Both the position numbers and the translations under genes were made by a program. DNA of 25,840 nt. It comes from Candidatus Hermodarchaeota archaeon. Its GTDB lineage: Archaea > Asgardarchaeota > Heimdallarchaeia > Hodarchaeales > Hodarchaeaceae. The first letter of the stretch is position 1, and each line of letters begins with the position of its first letter. The stretch is taken from positions 102,398 to 128,237 of the forward strand of contig JBHLKY010000015.1 of NCBI GenBank assembly GCA_048886185.1, given 5' to 3'. Below the pieces are notes generated by a model, which saw nothing but the letters and a program-made list of their open reading frames with translations, was not told the DNA's origin and ran no database searches. Below are positions 1-13,400 of the stretch, in pieces.

Positions 1-3000
1 GAAAGATTGCGTCTCGGTGATATTCATGACACTAAAGGTTACCCAGTTATTTGTAGTATAGTTGATCCAGACAGTGTTCAGACCCGCAGCATCAGTGGGT
101 TCTGATACCCAAATAGACACTTGGATGCTTTCATTATACTCAGGATTGGTAGAATTTTGGTTAGCTGGTACTTCAACAGTTGGAATGAAGGAATCTTTAA
201 CAAAGATTGATAATTCTGAGCTATATCCAATATTACCAAATGAGTCGTTATATCCAATCACCCATTTATATATCATACCATAATTCAGCATTGAGTCTGT
301 AAAGATGAATGATTGCATAGTGGTAATATTCACGAGAGTAAAAGTTACCCAATCATCTAAGGTGTAATTTATCCAGACGGTATCTAAACCCGCGGCATCT
401 GGTGGCTCATTTACCTGAATAGTCGTCAAGACACTTTGATTGTACTCAGGATTAGTGCTATTTTGACTGGCTGGAATCTCAACTGTGGGGGCAAAAGAGT
501 CAACTACTGTAAACCAAAATTCCTCACTGAAGCCAGTGTTCCCATAGGAGTCGTTATACCCTATTGTCCAATAATAAGTTAAGCTATAATTCAGCATTGA
601 GGCTACAAAGGTGAAGAATTGCGTGGTTGTTATGTTCATAACTTTGAAGGTTACCCAATCATCGAAGGAATAGTTAATCCAAACTGTGTCTAGTCCAGCA
701 GCATCCACGGGTTCACTTACTCTGATGGTTGCCAATACACTATGGTTGTATTCAGGATTGGTGCTATTCTGATTAGCTACCATCTCGACTGTGGGAGCGA
801 AGGAATCAACTACTGTAAACCAAAATTCCTCACTGAAACCAGTATTCCCATAGGAGTCGTTATACCCAATAAACCATTGATAGTTCTGACCATAGTTCAG
901 TATGATAGCTGAAAAAGTAAATGATTGTGATGTAGTGATATTCACGACATTAAAAGTTACCCAATCATCCAAGGTATAATTTATCCAGACAGTGTCTAGG
1001 CCTGCGGCATCTGGTGGCTCACTTACCCTGATGGTTGTCAGTACACTTTGATTGTATTCAGGGGTCGTAACGTTCTGGTTGGCTGCTATCACAACAGTAG
1101 GAATGAATGAGTCTTTCACTGTGAATGAGAGTTCTTGACTGTAACCTGTATTACCATAAGAGTCATTGTACCCAATTATCCAGTGATATATCATGCTATA
1201 ATTGAGTATTAAATCTGTAAAGGTAAAGGTTTGGGTTTCAGTGATATTTACGAGAGTGAAGGTTACCCAGTTATTTGTAGTATAGTTGATCCAGACAGTG
1301 TCTAGACCTGCAGCATCAATGGGTTCACTAACTTTGATGGTCACAAATACACTTTGGTTGTATTCAGGGATTGAAGTGTTCTGATTGGCTGCAATCTCGA
1401 CACTAGGAATGAAAGAATCTTTCACTGTGAATGAGAGTTCTTCACTACATCCTGTATTGTCAATAGAGTCGTTATACCCGATTCTCCATTTACAAGTTTG
1501 GCTATAATTCAACATTGAGTCCATAAAAGTAAAAGTTTGTGTTTCAGTGATGTTCACAATGAAAAAAGTCACCCAATTGTCAAATGTATAATTAATCCAG
1601 ACTGTGTCTAGACCCGCGGCATCTGGGGGTTCTAATACCCAGATAGATACCTGTACACTTTCATTATATTCAGGAGTCGTAGTGTTTTGATTGGCTACTA
1701 GCTCGACAGTTGGAGCGAAAGAGTCTTCCACTGTGAATGAAAGTTCGTAACTATATCCTGTATTACCATAAGAGTCGTTATAGCCCAGTACCCATTGATA
1801 TACCAAGCCATAATTAAGCATTGAATCCGTAAAGGTGAAAGATTGTGTGGTAGTGATATTCACGACAGTAAAAGTTAACCAATTATCTATGGTGTAATTA
1901 ATCCAAACAGTGTCTAAACCCGCGGCATCTGGTGGCTCACTTACCTGAATGGTTGTCAGTACGCTTTGGTTGTATTCAGGAGTCGTAGTATTTTGATTGG
2001 CTGCTATCTCGACAATTGGAGCAAAAGAGTCAATTACTGTGAACCAAAATTCATTGCTGAAGCCGGTATTCCCAAAGGAATCGTTGTATCCGATTATCCA
2101 CTGATATATCATGCTATAGTTCAGCATAGCTTCAATAAAGAGGAATGATTGGGTGTCAGAGATGTTCATAACAGTAAATGTTGCCCAATCATTGAAAGTA
2201 TAGTTAATCCAGACAGTGTCTAGGCCTGCAGCATCTGATGGTTCACTGACTTTGATGGTTGTCAGCACACTTTGGTTATATTCAGGAGTCGTGGCGTTCT
2301 GATTGGCTGCTATCTCGACAGTTGGAGCGAAAGAGTCTACTACTGTGAACCAAAATTCATCACTGAGGCCAGTATTCCCAAAGGAGTCGTTATATCCGAT
2401 TATCCACTGATATGTCATGCTAAAGTTCAGCATAGCTTCAGTAAAGAGGAATGATTGGGTTTCGGTGATGTTCACTATAGTATAACTTACCCAATCATCC
2501 AAGGTATAATTAATCCAGATAGTGTCTAAACCTGCTGCATCCAGTGGTTCACTCACCTGAATTGTCGTCAGCACACTTTGGTTGTATTCAGGAGTCGTGA
2601 CGTTTTGATTGGCTGCTATCTCGACAATTGGAGCAAAAGAGTCAATTACTGTAAACCAAAATTCATCACTGAGGCCAGTATTCCCAAAGGAGTCGTTGTA
2701 TCCGATTATCCACTGATATGTCATGCTATAGTTCAGCATAGCTTCAGTAAAGAGGAATGATTGGGTATCAGAGAGGTTCAAAACAGTAAAGGTTGCCCAG
2801 TCATTGAAGGTGTAGTTAATCCAGACGGTATCTAGGCCTGCAGCATCAACAGGTTCACTTACTTTGATGGTTGTCAGCACACTTTGGTTATATTCAGGAG
2901 TCGTGACGTTCTGATTGGCTGCTATCTCGACAGTTGGAGCAAAAGAGTCAATTACTGTGAACCAAAATTCATCACTGAAGCCAGTATTCCCAAAGGAGTC

Positions 3001-4479
3001 ATTATATCCGATTATCCACTGATATGTCATGCTATAGTTCAACATAGCTTCAGTAAAGAGGAATGATTGGGTGTAGGTGATGTTCATAACAGTAAAGGTT
3101 GCCCAGTCATTGATGGTATAGTTAATCCAGACGGTGTCTAAACCAGCAGCATCAATGGGTTCTGATACCCAAATAAATACTTGAACACTTTCGTTGTATT
3201 CAGGAGTTGTAGTGTTTTGATTGGCTGCTAGTTCGACAGTTGGAGCGAAAGAGTCCTCAACAGTAAAAGAAAGTGCTTGACTATATTCCGTGTTGCCATT
3301 AGTGTCATTAAAGCCAATCCTCCAGTGATAATTAAGACTATAATTCAACATTGAGTCTACAAAGGTGAAGGATTGGGTTTCAGTTATGTTCACAATAAAG
3401 AATGTAATCCAGTCGTTATAAGTATAATTAATCCAGACAGTATCTACACCGGCAGCATCTGATGGTTCACTGACTTTGATGGTTGCCAATACACTTTGGT
3501 TGTATTCAGGAGCCGTGGTGTTCTGATTGGCTGCTATCTCGACAGTTGGAACGAATGAGTCAATCACTGTGAACCAAAATTCATTACTGAAGCCAATATT
3601 CCCAAAGGAGTCGTTGTATCCGATTGTCCACAGATATGTAATACTATAGTTCAACATGGTCTTGGTAAAGAGGAACGACTGTGTGTCGCTGATGTTCACA
3701 ACAGTAAAGGTTGCCCAATTGTTGATGGTGTAGTTAATCCAGACGGTGTCTAGACCTGCAGCATCAGAGGGTTCTGATACCCAGATAAATACTTGGACAC
3801 TTTCATTATATTCAGGAGTTGTAGTGTTTTGATTGGCTGCTATCTCGACAGTTGGAGCGAAAGAGTCCTCAACAGTAAAGGAGAGTTCTTGGGAAAATCC
3901 AGTATTACCGTTAGAGTCATTAAAGCCAATCCTCCAATTACAAACATAATTATAATTCAACATTGAGTCTATAAAGGTGAATGATTGTGTGGTAGTGATA
4001 TTTATGACAGTGAAAGTCGTCCAATCATCAAAGGTATAATTAAGCCACACAGTATCTAGACCTGCAGCATCAGAGGGTTCTGATACCCAAATAAATACCT
4101 GGACACTCTCATTATATTCAGGAGTTGTAGTGTTTTGATTGGCTGCTATCTCGACAGTTGGAGCGAAAGAGTCCTCAACAGTAAAATAGAGTGCTTGACT
4201 ATATTCTGTATTACCATTAGAGTCGTTAAAACCGATCCTCCAATGACAGACATAACTATAATTCAACATTGAGTCTATAAAGGTGAATGATTGTGTGGTA
4301 GTGATATTTACGACAGTAAAGGTTATCCAATCATTAAAAGTATAATTAAGCCACACAGTATCGACACCGGCAGCATCTGATGGTTCACTGACTTTGATGG
4401 TGGCCAGTACACTTTGGTTGTATTCAGGAGCCGTGGTGTTCTGATTAGCTGTCATCTCAACTGTCGGAACAAAAGAATC
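1..4479 (-). repeat. Repeat subtype D, block 2 (14 complete units plus 1 partial, 306-bp period)
   Basis: 306-bp spacing is visible in the shadow ORFs at 1966, 2272, 2578 and 2884. Segments 2581-2765 and 2887-3071 differ at only 8 of 185 positions. Confidence 0.88.
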
Positions 4480-7400
4480 TTGAACAGTGAATAATCTTAT
4501 TGGCGTTTGATCACCATTTCCTGCCAAATCAGTGAACCAAAAGTAGTATTCGTAAACCTCTCCATATTTGAGTTGATTGGCTGTAAAAGTGTAACTGCCT
4601 GTTGTAGTGACATCCACCATACTCCAAGGATCTCCGAAATTTATACGATAGCGAAATAAAATAGTTAAAACACTACTAGCATCAGAGGGTTCAGAAATTA
4701 TGACTGAAATGGTATTTGATTCATTATACTCTGGCGTGAGCGTAGTTTGATCAAAATCTGAATAAGTTGGAGCCGTGTTATCACTCACAATGAAATTATA
4801 GATTGAAGTGTTATCAATATTACCAGCAGTATCGTTAAATTCGAAATACCAATTGTACACTTGATTATAAATTAAATCACTTTCAGAAAATGTGTAATAA
4901 CTTAAGGAAGTTACATCTTGTTTAATCCACGAACCACTATTAACTTGATAATAGAGCAGGATTGTATCAACTCCGCTTGCATCAAGAGTTTCTCCCACTG
5001 TAATAGTAACTGTATTCGATTCGTCATATTCAGGATTCGAGGTAGTTTGACTGGGACTAATTAAAATATCAGGTGCGTATGAGTCAGCCACTGTAAAAGA
5101 GAATATGTTGCTATAAGCTGTATTTGCTTCAGTATCATTGTACCCAATTCTCCATTGATATGTCAAGCTGTAATTAAGCATGGTCTCTGTAAAAAGGAAT
5201 GATTGCGTAGCAGTGATATTCACTACTGTATAGGATACCCAATTATCAATGGTGTAATTGATCCAGACGAGATCCACTCCTGAAGCATCAGGAGGTTCGC
5301 TGATTTGAATGGATGCCAGAACACTTTGGTTGTATTCGGGATTAGTAGCGTTTTGGTAGGCCGCAATATCAATTGTGGGAGCGAATGAGTCCTTAACGGT
5401 GAAGAAAAGTTCAGGACTGTAGCCTGTATTACTGATAGAGTCGTTGAACCCAAATCTCCATTTATATATAAACCCATAATTAAGCATTGCATCAGTAAAG
5501 GTGAACGACTGAGTACTAGTGATATTCACAACGCTAAATGTTACCCAGTTATCCAAGGTATAATTAAGCCAAACAGTATCCAGACCAGCGGCATCAGTAG
5601 GTTCACTGACTTTGATGGTTGTCAGCACACTTTGGTTGTATTCGGGATTAGTAGCGTTCTGGTAGGCCGCAATATCAATTGTGGGGGCGAATGAGTCCTT
5701 AACGGTGAAGAAAAGTTCAGGACTGTAGCCTGTATTACTGATAGAGTCGTTGAAGCCAAATTTCCATTTGTATGTAAGACTATAATTGAGTATTGCATCA
5801 GTAAAAATGAAAGACTGTGTATTAGTGATATTCACGACAATAAAAGTTACCCAATTATTAGTTGTATAATTGATCCAGATGGTGTCTAATCCTGCAGCAT
5901 CGGTGGGTTCTGATACCGTGATAGAGACCAGTACGCTTTGGTTGTATTCTGGGCTTGTAGTATTCTGACTCGCTGCTACCTCAATTGTTGGGGCGAAAAA
6001 GTCTATAACTGTGAATAAAAAGACTGAGCTATAACCTGTATTGCTAATCGAGTCGTTATAACCAATTTTCCATTGATAAGTTAAGCTATAATTCAACATG
6101 GTATCGGTAAAGAGGAATGATTGGGTCTCGGTAATATTCACGACAGTGAAGCTCACCCAATTATCAAGGGTATAATTGATCCAGACAGTGTCCATCCCAG
6201 CAGCATCAGGGGGTTCTGATACCGTGATAGACACTTGGACACTTTCATTGTATTCAGGATTTGTAGAATTCTGACTGGCTGCTACTACAACTATCGGGGC
6301 AAAAGAATCTTCAACTGTGAACAAGAAGATTGGGGTATACCCTATATTCCCACTAGAGTCATTATAGCCAATTCTCCATCGGTAGGTCAAGCTATAATTC
6401 AGCATGGTATCGGTAAAGAGGAATGATTGGGTCTCGGTAATATTTATGACTGTAAAGGTCGCCCAGCTATTAATGGTATAATTGATCCACACTGTATCAA
6501 CTCCTGCAGCATCGGAGGGTTCTGATACCGTGATAGACACCTGGACACTTTCATTGTACTGGGGGTTTGTATTATTCTGACTGGCTGCCACTAAAACTGT
6601 CGGTGCAAAGGAATCTTTGACAGTAAACCACAGGATTGGACTGTATCCTGTATTTCCACTAGAGTCGTTATAACCAATTCTCCAGTGATAGGTCAAACTA
6701 TAATTCAGCATGGTCTCAGTAAAGAGGAATAATTGGGTCTCGGTAATATTTATGACTGTAAAGGTCGCCCAGCTATTAGTGGTATAATTGATCCACACTG
6801 TATCAAGTCCTGCAGCATCTGGAGGTTCTGATACCGTGATAGACACTTGGACACTTTCATTATATTCAGGAGTTGTAGAATTCTGACTGGCTGCTGCTAT
6901 AACTATCGGGGCAAAAGAGTCTTTAACTGTGAACAAGAAGATTGGGGTATATCCTATATTCCCACTAGAGTCATTATAGCCAATTCTCCATCGATAGGTC
7001 AAACTATAATTCAGCATGGTATCGGTAAAGAGGAATGATTGGGTCTCGGTAATATTCACGACAATAAAGCTCATCCAATTATCACTGGTGTAATTGATCC
7101 ACACTGTATCTAGTCCTGCAGCATCAGGGGGTTCTGATACCGTGATAGACACTTGGACACTTTCGTTGTACTCAGGATTTGTAGAATTCTGACTTGCTGC
7201 CACTAAAACTGCTGGTGCGAAGGAATCTTTGACAGTAAACGATAGGATTGGACTATATTCTGCATTTCCACTAGAGTCGTTATACCCAATTCTCCAGTGA
7301 TAGGTTAGGCTATAATTCAGCATAGCCTCGGTAAAGAGGAATGATTGGGTTTCGGTAATATTCACGACAATAAAGCTCATCCAATTATCACTGGTGTAAT

Positions 7401-10400
7401 TGATCCACACTGTATCTAGTCCTGCAGCATCGGGAGGTTCGCTAACTTGAATGGATGCTATTACAGTCTCGTTGTATTCTGGATTTGTGGTATTTTGAGC
7501 TGCTGGTATCACAATTGTAGGTGCAAAAGAGTCTTCTATAGTGAATGATAATACTTGACTATATCCTGTATTACCACTAGAGTCGTTATAACCGATTCTC
7601 CATCGATAGGTCAAGCTATAATTCAGCATGGTATCAGTAAAGAGGAATGACTGGGTCTCAGTAATATTCACTATTGTAAAGGTCGCCCAATCATCAAAGG
7701 TATAATTAATCCAGACCATATGGATTCCACTGGCATTAATCGGTTCAGTCACATAGATCGACGCTATAACGGTGTCATTATATTCATAAGGAGGATTAGG
7801 GGTTTGATTCGCAGCTTCTATTGTATTTGGCAAATAATCATCCACAACGGTGAAAGAATATTCTAGACTATAACCTGTGTTTCCAGCAGTATCGTTATAC
7901 CCAATTATCCAGCTATAAATCTGGCCATACACTAAATTAGTAAAAGTATAATTTTGGGTTACAGTAATATCATTAATTGTATAAGTTATCCAGTTGTCGA
8001 TTGTATAGTTGATCCACACTTTATGTAAACCACTAGCATTTTCAGGTTCCATCACTTTAATCGACACCAAGACTGTTTCATTATACTGTGGGGTTGTAGT
8101 GTTTTGATTCGCGGCTTCTACAACATCTGGTGCAGAAATATCCCCAGTTGCAATAAAAAACTTATCACTATAACCTGTATTGCCTGCAGTGTCATTGTAT
8201 CCAATAATCCAGGTGTAGTTCTGATTATATTCTAATTGATCAAAAGTATATTTTTGAGTAGGAGTAATGTCTTTAATGATATAGGTTAACCAATTATCCA
8301 TTGTGTAATTAATCCAGACTTTATCAAGCCCACTAGCATTGATGGGTTCAGTCACATTAATCGATGCTACCACGATATCATTAACTTCGTAGGGAGGACT
8401 GGGGGTTTGACTCGCAGGTTCTATTACATCAGGCGCGTAGCTGTCTACAACCGTGAAAGAGAACTCAGCACTATAACCTGTATTGCCTACAGTATCGTTG
8501 TAGCCAATTGTCCAATTATAGATCTGACCATATGCTAGTTGAGCAAAATTGAAGTTTTGAGTCAGAGTGATGTCTTTTATAGTATAGGTTACCCAATTGT
8601 TAATTGTGTAATTAATCCAAACTGTATGAAGTCCACTAGCATTGATTGGCTCCGTTACATTAATCGAAATTGCGACAGTTTCATTAAATTCTGGCATCGT
8701 TATATTTTGACTAGCAGCTGCTACAACATCAGGAGCATAAGTATCTACAACTGTGAAAGAAAACTCCGTACTGTGGCCTGCGTTACCAGCAGTATCATTA
8801 TAACCGATTGTCCAGTTGTAGAACTGGCCATACACTAAATAAGTAAAGGTGTAATTTTGTGTTTCAGTAATATCCTTAATCGTATAGGTTGCCCAATTGT
8901 CTATTGTGTAGTTAATCCAGACTTTATGGATCCCACTAGCGTTAATTGGCTCTGTTACATTGATTGATGCTACTACAGTGTCATTAATTTCGTAGGGAGG
9001 ACTAGGAGTTTGACTTGCGGCTTCTATTACATCAGGTACATAGCTGTCCTCGACCATAAAGGAGAATCCAGCACTATAACCTGTATTCCCAGCAGTGTCG
9101 TTATAACCAATTGTCCATCTATAAATCGGCCCATACACTAAATAAATAAAGGTGTAATTTTGTGTTTCAGTAATATCCTTAATCGTATAGGTTACCCAAT
9201 TGTCTATTGTGTAATTAATCCAGACTTTATGAAGTCCACTGGCATTGATTGGCTCTGTCACATTAATTGTCGCTATAACAGTCTCATTATACTCGTAGGG
9301 AGGACTGGGGGTTTGATTTGCAAGTTTTATTATATTAGGCGCATAACTGTCCATGACTGTGAAGGAGAATTCAGGACAATAGCCCGTATTTCCCACGGTG
9401 TCGTTATAGCCTATTGTCCAATTGTAGGTCTGACCATACATTAAATAAGCAAAGATGTAGTTTTGAGTTGGAGTAATGTCTTTAATTGTATAGGTTACCC
9501 AATTATTTATGGTATAATTAATCCAAACCTTATGGAGCCCACTAGCGTTGATAGACTCAGTCACATTAATAGAAACCATGACTGTTTCGTTAAACTCTGG
9601 AGTTGTGGTGTTTTGGTAAGCAGCTATCACAACATCAGGTGCAAATGTATCTATAACTGTGAAGGAGAATTCATCACTATAGCCTGTATTCCCTACGGTG
9701 TCATTATAGCCTATTGTCCAGTTGTAGATCTGATCATACATTAAATAAACAAAGGTATAGTTTTGAGTCAGAGTGATGTCTTTAATTATATGGGTTACCC
9801 AATTATTTGTGGTATAATTAATCCAAACCTTATGGAGACCACTAGCGTTGATAGATTCAGTTACATTAATAGAAACCATGACTGTTTCGTTAAACTCTGG
9901 AGTTGTGGTGTTTTGGTGAGCAGCTATCACAACATCAGGTGCAAAAGAATCCACGACCGTGAAGGAGAATTCAACGCCATAATCTGTATTCCCTGCGGTG
10001 TCATTGTAGCCAATTGTCCAATTGTAGGTCTGACCATACATTAAATAAACAAAGGTGTAGTTTTGAGTTGGAGTAATGTCTTTAATTGTATAGGTTACCC
10101 AATTATTTGTGGTATAATTAATCCAAACCTTATGGAGCCCACTGGCATTAATTGGCTCTATTACATTGATCGATGCTATAACGGTGTCATTATATTGATA
10201 TGGAGGACTGGGGGTTTGACTCGCAGGTTCCATTACATCAGGTACATAATTATCAACTACAGTGAAGAAGAACTCAGCACTATAACCTGTATTCCCTATA
10301 GTGTCATTATAGCCAATTATCCAATTGTAGGTTTGGCCATATACTAGAAAAGTAAAGGAGTAATTTTGTGACTGTGTGATGTCTTTGATCGTATAAGTTA

Positions 10401-13400
10401 CCCAGTTGTCTATTGTGTAATTAATCCAGATTTTATGGAGTCCACTGGCATTGATTGGCTCTGTCACATTGATCGATGCTATAACAGTATCATTAAATTC
10501 ATAAGGAGGACTGGGAGTTTGACTCGCAGGTTCTACTACATCAGGTACATAATTATCAACTACAGTGAAGAAGAACTCAGCACTATAACCTGTATTCCCT
10601 ATAGTGTCATTATAGCCAATTATCCAATTGTAGGTCTGACCATACATTAAATAAGTAAAGATGTGGTTTTGAGTCAGAGTGATGTCTTTAATTGTGTTTG
10701 CTACCCAATTATTTGTGGTGTAATTAATCCAGATTTTATGAAGCCCACTCGCGTTAATCGGTTCCATTACATTGATCGAAACTATGATTGTTTCGTTAAA
10801 CTCTGGAGTGGTGGAGTTCTGGTTAGCAGCTATCACGACATCAGGTGCAAAAGTATCCACGACCGTGAAGGAGAATTCAACACTATAGCCTGTATTCCCT
10901 ACAGTGTCGTTATAGCCAATTGTCCAATTGTAGGCCTGACCATATATTAAATAAGTAAAGGTGTAGTTTTGAGTCAGAGTGATGTCTTTAACTGTATGGG
11001 TTGCCCAATTATTTCTCGTGTAATTAATCCAAACCTTATGGAGTCCACTAGCGTTAATTGATTCCGTTACATTAATCGACACTATGACTGTATCATTAAA
11101 TTCTGGAGTCATTGTAGTTTGACTAGCAGCTGCCAAAACATCAGGAGCATAGTTGTCTACAACCGTGAAAGAGAACTCATTACTATAGCCTGTGTTACCA
11201 ACAGTATCATTATAACCAATTGTCCAATTATAGGTTTGGCCATATACTAAATAAGTAAAGGCATAATTTTGTGTTTCAGTGATTTCCTTAACCGTATAAG
11301 TTGCCCAGCTGTCTAATGTGTAATTAATCCAGATTTTATGGAGCCCACTAGCAACGATTGGCTCTTTCACATTGATCGATGCTATAACAGTATCATTAAA
11401 TTCATAAGGAGGACTGGGAGTTTGACTCGCAGGTTCTATAACATCAGGAACATAGCTATCCACAACTGTGAATGAGAATTTTGTGCTATAGCCGATATTC
11501 CCCGCAATGTCTTCATAGCCAATTATCCAATTGTAGGCCTGGCCATACACTAGAGAAGTAAAGGTGAAATTTTGAGTTCCAGTGATATCCTGAATCGTAT
11601 AAATCAACCAATTATTCGTGGTGTAATTAATCCAGATTTTGTAGAGCCCACTGGCATTGATCGCCTCTGTTACATAGATCGATGCTATAACGGTGTCATT
11701 ATATTGATAGGGAGGACTGGGAGTTTGACTCGCAGGTTCTATTACATCAGGAGCAAAACTATCCACAGCTGTGAAGGAAAACACTGTACTATAACCTGTA
11801 TTCCCTACAGTGTCATTATAGCCAATTATCCAATTGTAGGTCTGACCATACACTAGAGAAGTAAAGGTGTGATTTTGAGTTCCAGTGATGTCTTTAATTG
11901 TGTTTGTTACCCAGTTGTTAATTGTGTAATTAATCCAAACCATATGGAGCCCACTAGCGTTGATCGACTCTGTTACATTGATCGACACCATGACTGTTTC
12001 GTTAAACTCTGGAGTGGTGGTGTTCTGGTTAGCAGCTATCACAATATCAGGTGCAAAAGTATCCACGACCGTGAAAGAGAACTCCATGCTATAATCAATA
12101 TTTCCCGCAGTGTCATTATAGCCTATTATCCAATTGTAACTCTGGCCATACACTAGAGAAGAAAAGGTGTGGTTTTGGGTTATAGTAATATCTTTAATTG
12201 TGTAGGTAGCCCAATTATTAATTGTGTAATTAATCCAGATCTTGTGGAGTCCACTAGCATTAATCGGTTCTGTCACATGGATCGACGCTACAACAGTATC
12301 ATTGTATTCGTAGGGAGGATTAGGAGTTTGATTCGCAGCTTCTACCACATCAGGCATATAATTATCCACAACAATGAAAGAAAACTCTGAACTGTACTCT
12401 GTGTTCCCAGCAGTGTCATTGTACCCGATCATCCAGTCATAGTTCCAATTAAATACTAGTTGACTAAAGGTAAAACTTTTAGTTAGAGTGATGTCCTTAA
12501 TTATATAATTTGCCCAATCATCTGTCGTGTAATTGATCCAGATCTTATGTAACCCACTAGCGTTTATTGGTTCCGTAACATTGATCATTACTAAGACTGT
12601 TTCATTAAATTCTGGAATCGTTGTATTTTGACTAGCAGCTGTTATAACATCAGGAGTATAGCTATCTACAACTGTGAAAGAAAAATCGGTACTGTAACCT
12701 ATGTTACCAGCAGTATCATTATAGCCAATTGTCCAGTTGTAGATTTGCCCATACACTAATTGAGTAAAAGTGAAATTTTGAGTCTGAGTGATGTCTTTTA
12801 TCGTATAAGTTACCCAGTTGTTAATTGTGTAATTAATCCAAACTGTATGGAGCCCACTAGCGTTGATCGGCTCCGTCACATTTATCGACATCATGACTGT
12901 TTCGTTAAACTCTGGAGTGGTGGTGTTCTGGTTGGCAGCTATCACGACATCAGGTGCAAAAGTATCCACGACAGTGAAAGAGAACTCCATACTATAATCA
13001 GTATTTCCCGCAGTGTCGTTATAGCCTATTGTCCAATTATAGGTTTGGCCATAGACTAGTTGAGAAAAGGTGTGATTTTGATGCAAAGATATATCCTTAA
13101 TTGTGAAGGAGCTCCAATTATCTGTTGTATAATTGATCCACACCTTATACAGGCCACTGGCGCTGAGAGGCTCCGTTACATTGATAGATATTACAACAGT
13201 ATTGTTAAATTCTGGGATTGTTGTGTTTTGATCAGCTGCTTTCACAACATCAGGCGCATGAGTATCCACTACAATGAAAAATACCTCATCAGTATAACCT
13301 GAATTCCCTACTGTGTCATTGAACCAGAAATACCAAGTATAATTCTGGTTGAACTTAAGAACATCCATATTAAATGTATAGTTACCTGTTTCCGTAACAT

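Noticed and set aside
62-13302. About 20 plus-strand ORFs of 60-99 aa recurring every ~300-306 bp (e.g. 1966, 2272, 2578, 2884, 9160-10950)
   Set aside because: They are antisense shadows of the giant gene's repeats. Differences between copies are mostly synonymous in the minus frame, and they mostly rely on alternative start codons. They are not a family of small genes.
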